Virus genome (UHGV): UHGV-0317772 | DNA length: 39,687 nucleotides | Strand: one strand, 5' to 3' | Origin: a virus | Shown here: piece by piece, positions 25,490 to 34,109 of the stretch | Numbering within the stretch: position 1 is the stretch's first letter | Layout of the letters: every line of letters starts with the position of its first letter | Translations under genes and position numbers: made by a program | The notes under the pieces: model-generated | Databases searched by the model: none | Told to the model about the DNA's origin: nothing | The model's input: the letters and a program-made list of their open reading frames with translations, nothing else

Positions 25490-25591
25490 CCCCCCCTTAA
25501 AATAAATCGCAAATTTTTTGGGGGTGATGAAACGGAGGGGGCTGTCAGGAAAAGAGATTTTTTCGAACTTTATCATGAAAGGAGGGCTAAA

Positions 25592-25906
25592 ATGTTTAAA
25601 AACGAATTGTCTCAAAATCGCTACAGAGAAAAATTACGCCGCTCTTTAATAAGCCAATTGGAAAGTCAGAAAACAAATATTGAGCCATTCTTAGATAATG
25701 TTGATCGTTATATCAGTTTATGGGAAACGGCGATATCACTGGAAGAAGATATATCCGAGAACGGCATTAGACTGGAGAATGGTAAAAAGAATGAATCAGT
25801 AGCGTTGCTTGTTTCTGTCAACAAACAAATGGGATTGATGTTGGATAAACTTGCCATTACTCCTGAATTGGTAGGTGAAGCAAATGAATCAATTCCTGAG
25901 TTATAA
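25592..25906 (+). CDS. terS: Terminase small subunit (P27 family-like)
   Basis: 104 aa with RBS GAAAGGAGGGCTAAAATG. It is directly upstream of and overlapping terL, and the size and position are typical for cos phages that encode an HNH. Confidence 0.6.
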   Translation: MFKNELSQNRYREKLRRSLISQLESQKTNIEPFLDNVDRYISLWETAISLEEDISENGIRLENGKKNESVALLVSVNKQMGLMLDKLAITPELVGEANESIPEL

Positions 25907-27578
25907 GCATATTGAAAATTGGTTCAAAGCTATAGAAGAAGGCACTATCAAGGTATGCAAAGAGCAATTATTGCTAAAAAATTATCTAGAAGAAAGAGTC
26001 TTTACTAGAGAAGATATTTACTTCGATAAGCAGATGGTAGAGGATTCAATCAATATACCAGCACAATACTTTCCATTCGAATTAATTCCGTGGGAAAAAT
26101 TTCTACAATGTTTTATTTATGGTGTTCGATGGAAAAAAGATAAAACACTAGTGTTCAATAGATATCTTTCATTAATGGGACGTGGTAATGGTAAAACTGG
26201 TTTTGCTTCTTGGAACAACTTCTTTCTACTAACCGCTAAACACGGTATTAAAAATTATGATATTGATATCTATGCCAATAATGAAAGCCAAGCAAAGACT
26301 AGTTTTGATGATGTATTTAAAGTAATTAAAGATCATCCTGATTTAGATAAAAAAGTATTTAAAGCTACGAAGGAAGTTATTCAAAATATCGCTACAAACA
26401 GCAAACTTCGTTATAACACGGCAAATGCTAGAACAAAAGATGGGAAGCGACCAGGTGCAAACCGCTTTGATGAAATTCACGAAAATGAAGATTATTCAAT
26501 GATAAATGTGGCTACTTCTGGTGGTGGTAAAATTCGAGATTATAGAGAATTTTATGATACAACTAATGGTCATGTTCGTGGTGGTCCGCTTGATGACATT
26601 ATAGAAGAATCAAAAATGATTCTTTCTGGAGAACTTGGAATTGACAAGGATGGAGCAGAATTTTCTAGTTTGTTTCCATTTATTTGTCGCTTGGATAACG
26701 ATAATGAAGTTGATGATCCCGACATGTGGGAAAAAGCTTGTCCAACTATTAATTACAATGCAGATTTAAAACGGAAAATGTTTCAAGAATACTCTCAAAT
26801 GCAACGTAATGCTGGTTTAAGACTTACGTTCATGACCAAACGAATGAACAGACCTATGGAAGATACACGATTTGCTGTTGCTTCATATGATGATGTTCTG
26901 CATACGAAAGAAAAAGAATTTCCTGAAAAAATGGATGAAGTGATAGGAACAGTCGATTTTGCTGATAGACGAGATTTTGCCAGCGTTGGGTTGCTAGGAA
27001 AATACGATAAAGATGTTTATTTTACACAACATACTTTTATCCACGAATCAGCCCTTCGATTACAAAACATCAAACGAGAGGTTATAGATATTTCTATAGA
27101 TCAAGGAAAATCACAGATCGTTCATGGAAAAAATATAGAAGCTGATTATATTGTAGGTTGGTTTCTTGAAATGAGTAATAAATATTATATTAAAAAAATC
27201 GCTATGGATATGTACCGTGCAAAAATATTGAAGCCCGCTTTAGAAGAAGCAGGTTTTACTGTGGAAATTGTTCGAAGCGGATCTGTTACACATGGTATGT
27301 TAAAAGATCTGGTTGATGACCTTTTTATTAATCAACGTTTATTTTTTGGTGACGATGCGATTATGCGTTGGTATTGCATGAATGTATATGAAGAGCATAT
27401 TTCTAATGGAAATATACGCTATGAAAAAATAGAACCTGAAACTAGAAAAACGGATGGCTTTTTTTCATTCCTTCATGGTTTGAATTTTTTAGATGATATT
27501 TATGATTCTGCTCCTGTAACAGTCACAAATAGCTCAGTAGAAAATACAGGAACTGGATTTACTCCTCTAGTATTCTAA
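25875..27578 (+). CDS. terL: Terminase large subunit
   Basis: 567 aa with Walker A-like GRGNGKTG, an ATPase N-terminal domain and a nuclease C-terminal domain. Confidence 0.85.
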   Translation: MKQMNQFLSYKHIENWFKAIEEGTIKVCKEQLLLKNYLEERVFTREDIYFDKQMVEDSINIPAQYFPFELIPWEKFLQCFIYGVRWKKDKTLVFNRYLSLMGRGNGKTGFASWNNFFLLTAKHGIKNYDIDIYANNESQAKTSFDDVFKVIKDHPDLDKKVFKATKEVIQNIATNSKLRYNTANARTKDGKRPGANRFDEIHENEDYSMINVATSGGGKIRDYREFYDTTNGHVRGGPLDDIIEESKMILSGELGIDKDGAEFSSLFPFICRLDNDNEVDDPDMWEKACPTINYNADLKRKMFQEYSQMQRNAGLRLTFMTKRMNRPMEDTRFAVASYDDVLHTKEKEFPEKMDEVIGTVDFADRRDFASVGLLGKYDKDVYFTQHTFIHESALRLQNIKREVIDISIDQGKSQIVHGKNIEADYIVGWFLEMSNKYYIKKIAMDMYRAKILKPALEEAGFTVEIVRSGSVTHGMLKDLVDDLFINQRLFFGDDAIMRWYCMNVYEEHISNGNIRYEKIEPETRKTDGFFSFLHGLNFLDDIYDSAPVTVTNSSVENTGTGFTPLVF

Positions 27579-27597
27579 CTTGAAAGGAGGTGAGAAA

Positions 27598-28776
27598 GTG
27601 GGGATTTTTCAAAAGGCGGTAGGATACTTCACAAAAAAAGCAACGGTTCCTTTAGAAGAATACTTTTGTAAATTGCAAGTTGATTTTGTGTATCGAAAAT
27701 TTGCGATTGAAACTTGTATTGATTTGATTGCAAATGCGATGAGTAAAGCGGAATTCAAGTCATATGAAGATGGAAAAAATAAAAAGAATGATCTTTACTA
27801 TAGGCTGAATGTAGCTCCTAATAAGAAAAATAATGCAACAGAATTTAGAAAAAAACTGATCAGGAGATTAATATTCTACAATGAAGTATTGATCGTTTCT
27901 CCGTCTAATAATTCTAGCGAAATATTTATTGCGGATAGTTGGGATGTCACAGAATATGCATTGAAAGATGATGTGTTTTCTCAAGTGCAAATTAACAACA
28001 TAGTCCTTGATAGAGAATTTCTAGAAAGTGATGTTATCTATATAAAATACGCAGATCAACAAATTAGGCAACTAGTCGATGCGTATTATCAAGCGTATGG
28101 GAAACTCATTTCTAGTGCCATGAATGTTTACAAGCGCTCTAACGCTCGTAGATACGTACTGAAAGGGAATTTATTCCGACCGCAAGACAATACAACACAA
28201 GATCAAATCAATAAAATGATGACATCACAATTTAAGGCTTTTATGGAAGCTGATAATGCAGGTGCGGTATTTCAATTACAAAATGAGTACACATTAGAAG
28301 ATTTCAGCGGAAACTTCCAAAGCAATTCAAGAGATATAAAAAACTTAATAGACGACATCTTTGAGATGACAGCAGCAGCGTTTCACGTTCCGAAAAACCT
28401 ACTAAAGGGAGACATGAGTGGGTTATCGGATCAAGTGGACGCTTTTTTAATGTTCGAAATCATACCGATTGCTGAACTTATTCAGGATGCGTTTAACGCT
28501 AGTCTCTATGAAGTAGAAGAATACTTGTCAGGGAATTTTGTACGTGTGGATACAACTATGATCAAGATTACTAGCTTCAAAGATTTGGTTGACGCTATTG
28601 ATGTAGGCATTAGAAATGGAGTATTTACAATCAACGAAGGAAGAGAACGCGTTGGAAATGATCGCTCTGATAAGGCGATGGCAGATGAAATATTTATAAC
28701 TAAAAACAATCAACAAGTATCGAAAGGAGGTGAGGCGAATGACGACAATGAAAACATTTCTAGCAGTAAAGAATGA
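27598..28776 (+). CDS. Portal protein (HK97-family-like)
   Basis: GTG start after GAAAGGAGGTGAGAAA. About 392 aa, located after terL. Confidence 0.7.
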   Translation: MGIFQKAVGYFTKKATVPLEEYFCKLQVDFVYRKFAIETCIDLIANAMSKAEFKSYEDGKNKKNDLYYRLNVAPNKKNNATEFRKKLIRRLIFYNEVLIVSPSNNSSEIFIADSWDVTEYALKDDVFSQVQINNIVLDREFLESDVIYIKYADQQIRQLVDAYYQAYGKLISSAMNVYKRSNARRYVLKGNLFRPQDNTTQDQINKMMTSQFKAFMEADNAGAVFQLQNEYTLEDFSGNFQSNSRDIKNLIDDIFEMTAAAFHVPKNLLKGDMSGLSDQVDAFLMFEIIPIAELIQDAFNASLYEVEEYLSGNFVRVDTTMIKITSFKDLVDAIDVGIRNGVFTINEGRERVGNDRSDKAMADEIFITKNNQQVSKGGEANDDNENISSSKE

Positions 28777-29425
28777 AGGCGCAGTACCGCAAATTTTTAT
28801 TCAGGGATTTATTGGTTCTAGTTGGTTCTTTGAAGGGAATACTGACAAGGGAATCAAAAATATTTTGGATAGTCTAGGTGATCAAGAAGAAATTGAAGTA
28901 GTAATTAATTCAAACGGTGGAGACGTATTTCAAGGGATTGCTATTGGGAACTTACTTAAGTCAAATAAAGCAAAAGTTAACGTTGTGATTAACGGCTTAG
29001 CCGCTAGTGCTGCTTCAATTATCGCAATGGCTGGCGATACTATAAAAATCTACAACAATGCACAATTGATGATTCACCGCGCTTCCACATACGGAGAAGG
29101 AAATGTCGATGACTTCCGTACGATTGCTGACCAACTGGAATCAATTGATAAATCGGTAAAGGCTTCATATAAAACACGATTCAATGGCACAGATGAAGCA
29201 TTGCAAGAACTTCTTGAAAAAGAATCGTTTATGGATGCAGAAACAGCTTTGAGTTATGGATTGGTCGATGAAATTATCGATGCAGAAAATAGCTCAGGTA
29301 CTGAAGCTAAAAAAGAACAAAGCGTTGAAGAAATTTTGAATGACGTTAAAGAAAAAAGAGCAGAAAAAATTGCTGCATTTACAGCAGCATTAAATAAAAC
29401 ATTTGGACAAGGAGATGTAAAATAA
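28739..29425 (+). CDS. Prohead protease, ClpP-like (S14)
   Basis: GGDVFQG...LAASAASIIAMAGD...MIHRAS supplies a Ser/His catalytic pair in ClpP-like context. The start ATG follows AAAGGAGGTGAG. Confidence 0.75.
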   Translation: MTTMKTFLAVKNEGAVPQIFIQGFIGSSWFFEGNTDKGIKNILDSLGDQEEIEVVINSNGGDVFQGIAIGNLLKSNKAKVNVVINGLAASAASIIAMAGDTIKIYNNAQLMIHRASTYGEGNVDDFRTIADQLESIDKSVKASYKTRFNGTDEALQELLEKESFMDAETALSYGLVDEIIDAENSSGTEAKKEQSVEEILNDVKEKRAEKIAAFTAALNKTFGQGDVK

Positions 29426-30585
29426 TGACAGTTAAAAATTTAAAAGGTGTAACAGCTGCAAGCGACCAATTGATGAAAGCTTTTAAAGATGGTAACGAAG
29501 AATCTTTTAGCGCAGCTATGGTAAGCTTATCTAAGGAAATTCAGGATAAAATTTTAGAAGAAGCAACAGCAAAAAATCAAGATCAATTAGTATTAATGAA
29601 CCGTGGTCAGCGTGTATTAACTACACAAGAAACAAAATTCTATAACGAAGTAGTGAAAAACGAAGGTTTTGCAGGGGTCGAAGAATTAGTGCCAGCTACT
29701 GTATTTGAACGTGTATTTGAAGATTTAGAACAATCTCATCCACTATTGCAAAAAATTACTTTTGTTAACACAACTGGTGTAACAGAATGGATTGTGTCAC
29801 GTGGAGTCAATCCAGCATGGTGGGGTAAACTTTGCGAAGCTGTTAAAAAAGTTTTAGATAATGGCTTTGATGTAATTAACATGAAGCAGTTCAAGCTATC
29901 AGGTTATATTCCTGTATGTAAGGCAATGCTTGATTTAGGTCCAGTATGGTTAGATCGTTATGTCCGTACTGTTTTAGTAGAATCATTGAGAATTGCATTA
30001 GAACAAGCAATTGTTGATGGTACTGGTAAAGATATGCCAGTCGGAATGATGCGTGACATGAGCAAACAAACTAGCGGAGAATATGCTGCAAAAGAAGCAG
30101 AACCTATTACAGCTTTAGATGCTGTAACTATGGGCGGTTTGATGGCGCGACTATCAAAATTCAATATCGAAGGTGTGAATGATCCGATTTATCGTAATGT
30201 GAATCCTTCTGATGTGGTCCTAATTGTGAATCCAACTGATTACTGGTCTAAAGTATTCCCAGCTAAGACTGTACTAACTGCTAATGGAGAATACGTACAA
30301 GTATTGCCAGTACCAGTTTCAGATTTGCAGTCAACGGCTGTGCCAGAAGGAAAAGCAGTTATTGGGGTAGCCTCAGATTACTTCATGGGTGTAGGATCTA
30401 CACTAAAAATTGAAGCTTCAGATGAATACCATTTTGTTGAAGACGAACGCATTTATCTAGCTAAACAATATGCAAACGGTCAACCTAAACGTAACGATAG
30501 TTTCATTGTATTAGATATTAGCGCTTTGGGAACTACTACTACAACTACAAAACCAACAACCACAACAACTACAACACAAGCGTAG
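29425..30585 (+). CDS. Major capsid protein (HK97-fold) with C-terminal Thr-rich tail
   Basis: 386 aa, after the protease. It ends ...LGTTTTTTKPTTTTTTTQA. Confidence 0.75.
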   Translation: MTVKNLKGVTAASDQLMKAFKDGNEESFSAAMVSLSKEIQDKILEEATAKNQDQLVLMNRGQRVLTTQETKFYNEVVKNEGFAGVEELVPATVFERVFEDLEQSHPLLQKITFVNTTGVTEWIVSRGVNPAWWGKLCEAVKKVLDNGFDVINMKQFKLSGYIPVCKAMLDLGPVWLDRYVRTVLVESLRIALEQAIVDGTGKDMPVGMMRDMSKQTSGEYAAKEAEPITALDAVTMGGLMARLSKFNIEGVNDPIYRNVNPSDVVLIVNPTDYWSKVFPAKTVLTANGEYVQVLPVPVSDLQSTAVPEGKAVIGVASDYFMGVGSTLKIEASDEYHFVEDERIYLAKQYANGQPKRNDSFIVLDISALGTTTTTTKPTTTTTTTQA

Positions 30586-30594
30586 GTGATCAGA

Positions 30595-31470
30595 ATGAAG
30601 TATATTCTTTGTCAGCCGGCAATCAATCGGTTTAAATGGGAGCTTGAAGTTTGTTTAACTAATCTGAAGAAACTAGGAATCAAAGATATCGTATTGCTTT
30701 TCAGCAGACACGATGATCAGATTCCTATTTTTTTTGAGAAGGAATATGGTGTTGAAGTTCATGTGTACGATGATCTGCGGGACGACAAAGAGTATATTCC
30801 TTCGATTAAACCATATTTATGGTGGAAATATTTAGAAGAAGATCATTCGCGTGAGGACGACCGATATTTCTATATCGATTCGGATGTCATTTTCAATAAA
30901 AGAATTAATTTGCGCAAATTGCCTTCTAAAGATGATGTTTGGTATTGTAGCGACTGCTGTAGTTATCTAAGTCTTGATTATATTAGAAGCTGTGAAAACG
31001 GAGAAAATATTCTAAAAGATATGGCAAACATTGTAAATGTTACAGTAGAATCTTTGGAAACTATAAACACTAATTCAGGAGGCGCACAGTGGGTTATTAA
31101 CCGTCCTAAAGCGAATTATTGGAAAAAGGTTTATCTGGATTCTAATCGGCTATATCGCTACCTTAGAGGGCAAAAAACAAATATACAAATCTGGACAGCC
31201 AAGATGTGGGCACAGCTTTGGAACATGATGTATTTCAATATTGGTCCTAAAGTTCACGAGGAATTAGACTTTTGTTTTGCTACTGATCCAATAGAAAAAG
31301 TTAAAGAAGTAAAAATCTTACACAATGCTGGAGTAACAACAAACGATGAAGATTTATTTTTCAAAGGGAGATACGTGACTTCTACGCCTTTTGATGAAGA
31401 TTTATCATTTGTAAACAAGAAAAAATGCTCTTACGCATATGTTAAAGCAATTAAGGCGGTGGTTAGATGA
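30595..31470 (+). CDS. Putative GT-A-type glycosyltransferase-like protein (moron between capsid and connector genes)
   Basis: 291 aa with RBS GGTGA. It has an N-terminal alternating beta/alpha pattern and an acidic DxD-like motif (YFYIDSDVIF) about 100 residues in. No transmembrane segment. Confidence 0.35.
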   Translation: MKYILCQPAINRFKWELEVCLTNLKKLGIKDIVLLFSRHDDQIPIFFEKEYGVEVHVYDDLRDDKEYIPSIKPYLWWKYLEEDHSREDDRYFYIDSDVIFNKRINLRKLPSKDDVWYCSDCCSYLSLDYIRSCENGENILKDMANIVNVTVESLETINTNSGGAQWVINRPKANYWKKVYLDSNRLYRYLRGQKTNIQIWTAKMWAQLWNMMYFNIGPKVHEELDFCFATDPIEKVKEVKILHNAGVTTNDEDLFFKGRYVTSTPFDEDLSFVNKKKCSYAYVKAIKAVVR

Positions 31471-31778
31471 CGCCTGAACAAGTGACTGAAGAATTGCTAA
31501 TAGCTGTGAAGGATAATATTTACGTTACCTGGAACGAAGAAGATGAGTCAATTAAAAAGATGATAGCTAAAAATGCTGTTTATCTTCAAAGTAAAGTGAG
31601 TACAACACTTTCTTTTTCTCCTGAAAGCTTAGAATACGGATTGCTAATCGAAAGATGTAGATACGACTGGAATCGTGCTTTAGATGAGTTTGAACAAAAT
31701 TTCGCTAGTGAGTTATTAGGTTTCATTCAACATTATGCGCTACAAGAATATATTGCAGGTGATGTGAATGGCGAATAA
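31467..31778 (+). CDS. Head-tail connector / DNA-packaging protein (gp6-like)
   Basis: 103 aa, placed after the capsid module. Confidence 0.5.
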   Translation: MTPEQVTEELLIAVKDNIYVTWNEEDESIKKMIAKNAVYLQSKVSTTLSFSPESLEYGLLIERCRYDWNRALDEFEQNFASELLGFIQHYALQEYIAGDVNGE

Positions 31779-32121
31779 TCGTAGACTCGAAGAAACATTC
31801 AACGATGGTTGGTTAAAGATTTTGACGCAAACTACCAAAAGAAATGAACTAGGAAAAAAGATTGGTGTAGAAGATACAGAAATCACTTCTTTAAAATTTA
31901 GAAATCTTTCCATGAGAGATAGTGATATAACAGCTATGGATGCGATGGGATCGAAATTAACTAAGAAAGTAAAGACTCCATTTCATCCAATCGCCAAGAA
32001 ATTTAATAAAGATCAATATTTTATCGTAATCGATAGTATGCGTTACAACGTTATCTATGCCGATTACGATAATTTTTATATCTATTTTTATCTTGAAAGT
32101 GTGGGTGAATATGGTGATTGA
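31768..32121 (+). CDS. Head-tail adaptor / head closure protein
   Basis: 117 aa, assigned by position. Confidence 0.4.
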   Translation: MANNRRLEETFNDGWLKILTQTTKRNELGKKIGVEDTEITSLKFRNLSMRDSDITAMDAMGSKLTKKVKTPFHPIAKKFNKDQYFIVIDSMRYNVIYADYDNFYIYFYLESVGEYGD

Positions 32122-32512
32122 TAATTCTAAAGAAAAAGAACGTTTAAATAAGCAAATTTCTGCTATCAAAACTTCCTTAGAAGAGCATTTTGGCCTCAAA
32201 CTCTTTCAAGACTCCGTAGGCGAGGATGAGCTACCTGATGATTTTAATTACTTCATTCTCGAAACAGGAGAAATAGAAATGATCACTGAGCCAAAATATA
32301 GCGTGGGTCAAAATCTATATCTAACTTTCTATTCAGAAAATAGAGAAGATTTAACAGGAGATTCACTAGATATTATTTCATTGATTCAAAATCGTTCGAT
32401 TCGTTTTCAGAGAATGGATCCCAATCATTTAAAACTAGAGAACCAAGATCGCTATATCGATCAATTGGTATTTACGTTTAGACGATTATTGAAGAGTGAT
32501 TGTCATGGCTAA
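32111..32512 (+). CDS. Tail completion / HK97 gp10-like protein
   Basis: 133 aa. The start ATG was chosen inside the listed ORF. Confidence 0.4.
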   Translation: MVIDNSKEKERLNKQISAIKTSLEEHFGLKLFQDSVGEDELPDDFNYFILETGEIEMITEPKYSVGQNLYLTFYSENREDLTGDSLDIISLIQNRSIRFQRMDPNHLKLENQDRYIDQLVFTFRRLLKSDCHG

Positions 32513-32909
32513 AAATAGTTGGGAGCTAAAAATAAATGGACATGATGAACTTCTTGTGCGGATGGAACGCTATTCAAGCGAGAGCGAACGACTGATTAAC
32601 GAAGCATTGAAATCAAAAGGTTCGGCTATTGCAGTGGATAGGATTACAGAAAAAATTCCTGTTTCTGAAGCAGATTTAAGAAGAGGGCACCAACACGCAA
32701 AAAATAGTCGTCCACTTAAGACTCAATACATTAATTTGGGTTTCATCATTAGACCTACAAGAAAATTTGAGTATTTAAAATATCCTGATTTGGGGATAGG
32801 TACTTCTAAAAGAAATCAGCCGGACGAATTTATGAGAAGAGGATTAGGTCTTGCACTTGATCCAATTACAGAACTTCTGATTCGTCAATTCGATAAATTA
32901 AATAAATAG
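32505..32909 (+). CDS. Tail-component protein
   Basis: 134 aa, assigned by position. Confidence 0.4.
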   Translation: MAKNSWELKINGHDELLVRMERYSSESERLINEALKSKGSAIAVDRITEKIPVSEADLRRGHQHAKNSRPLKTQYINLGFIIRPTRKFEYLKYPDLGIGTSKRNQPDEFMRRGLGLALDPITELLIRQFDKLNK

Positions 32910-32920
32910 GAGGAACAACA

Positions 32921-33526
32921 ATGGCTAAAACAACAACAGTAACAACTTTTGACAATATAAGTATTAAAAGAATTTCTTTTAATTTTAAGAATGCAACAAA
33001 TGCAATTTCAACTGATTGTAATGGACAATTAGATGGCGAAACAGAAATGCAGAGAATTGTAAAAAAATGCGGTTCAACAGAAGTAAAATCGAAATCTAAA
33101 CCAATCAATATGACGGTAACAATTACTGCACATGTACCGATGGAAGTTTATCGACGCTTCAATGGGTTGAAACAAGATGAACGTATTAAATCGGGAATTT
33201 ACTCTTATGGTCCTGATTCCGTAGGGGAAGATTTCTCTCTTGCTGCAGAGATCGTGGATGATTTCGAAGAAAAAAATAAGCTGATTGGTATGTTAGCATG
33301 CACTTCGAATACAGGATTAACATTCTCTATTGAAAATGGTGCGGATGAAGTAGCTGCGTTAGAACTAGAAACAAAAGTTATGCAAGATGAATTTGGTAAA
33401 TTTTATCATGAAGCAATTGTTGCAGAACTTGAAGAAGACTTAACAGATCAATGGATGACGAATCTATCTGCTGATGTGATTAAAAAAACTTCAGTTGTGA
33501 CAACTACGGCCACTCAATCACAGTAA
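32921..33526 (+). CDS. Major tail protein
   Basis: 201 aa with strong RBS AGGAGGAACAACAATG. It is upstream of the chaperone and tape-measure pair. Confidence 0.6.
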   Translation: MAKTTTVTTFDNISIKRISFNFKNATNAISTDCNGQLDGETEMQRIVKKCGSTEVKSKSKPINMTVTITAHVPMEVYRRFNGLKQDERIKSGIYSYGPDSVGEDFSLAAEIVDDFEEKNKLIGMLACTSNTGLTFSIENGADEVAALELETKVMQDEFGKFYHEAIVAELEEDLTDQWMTNLSADVIKKTSVVTTTATQSQ

Positions 33527-33545
33527 AAAAAACGGAGGTAGCGAA

Positions 33546-33908
33546 ATGAACGAAGATTACTCAAAAATTGAACTAAACGATGGAACAATTTTGAATTTAG
33601 AACCTAAACTGAATATCAAGAAATTATTGATGATCAATAGAGATTTTAACACAGACGAGTTTGCAAAAATGACTGTGGGAAAAGGATCCATGGATATTTC
33701 TGTTATTCAAGGTGCAAAGGCTGTGTATATTGCTTACCGCCAAGCGAACATGACTGATTATATTTCATTCGATGAATTTATCGATAAATGGGATTTTGAT
33801 ATGGCTACTGCCAGCTATATTTATCAATTGATGATGTTCAAACAAGCACGCGATGCTTATCAAAAAGAATTTGAAAAAGCAAATAAGGAAAAAAAGCTTC
33901 AAAAGTAA
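33546..33908 (+). CDS. Tail assembly chaperone (G-like)
   Basis: 120 aa, with the slippery site A_AAA_AAG at 33890-33896 near its 3' end. Confidence 0.65.
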   Translation: MNEDYSKIELNDGTILNLEPKLNIKKLLMINRDFNTDEFAKMTVGKGSMDISVIQGAKAVYIAYRQANMTDYISFDEFIDKWDFDMATASYIYQLMMFKQARDAYQKEFEKANKEKKLQK

Positions 33909-34093
33909 AAATGCCAAAGCTCTTAGTTGAAACGTGGGTCGATGTCTATTCGATGTTGACCGACGTTTTTTCTATGCCTTCAGATTTGGTTTTAAGCGAT
34001 ATCTGTTTAGATGACATTTTGCAAATGGCTTACAACAAGAGTGCTTATGAAGGATGGAAAAACTATGCAATAAACCAATCTCAGAAAAACTAA
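33546..34093 (+). CDS. Tail assembly chaperone, -1 frameshift extension product (GT-like)
   Basis: The -1 frame is open from 33890 into the downstream ORF 33911-34093, the classic arrangement upstream of the tape-measure gene. Confidence 0.55.
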
Positions 34094-34109
34094 AGAAAGG
34101 AGGTAAAAA

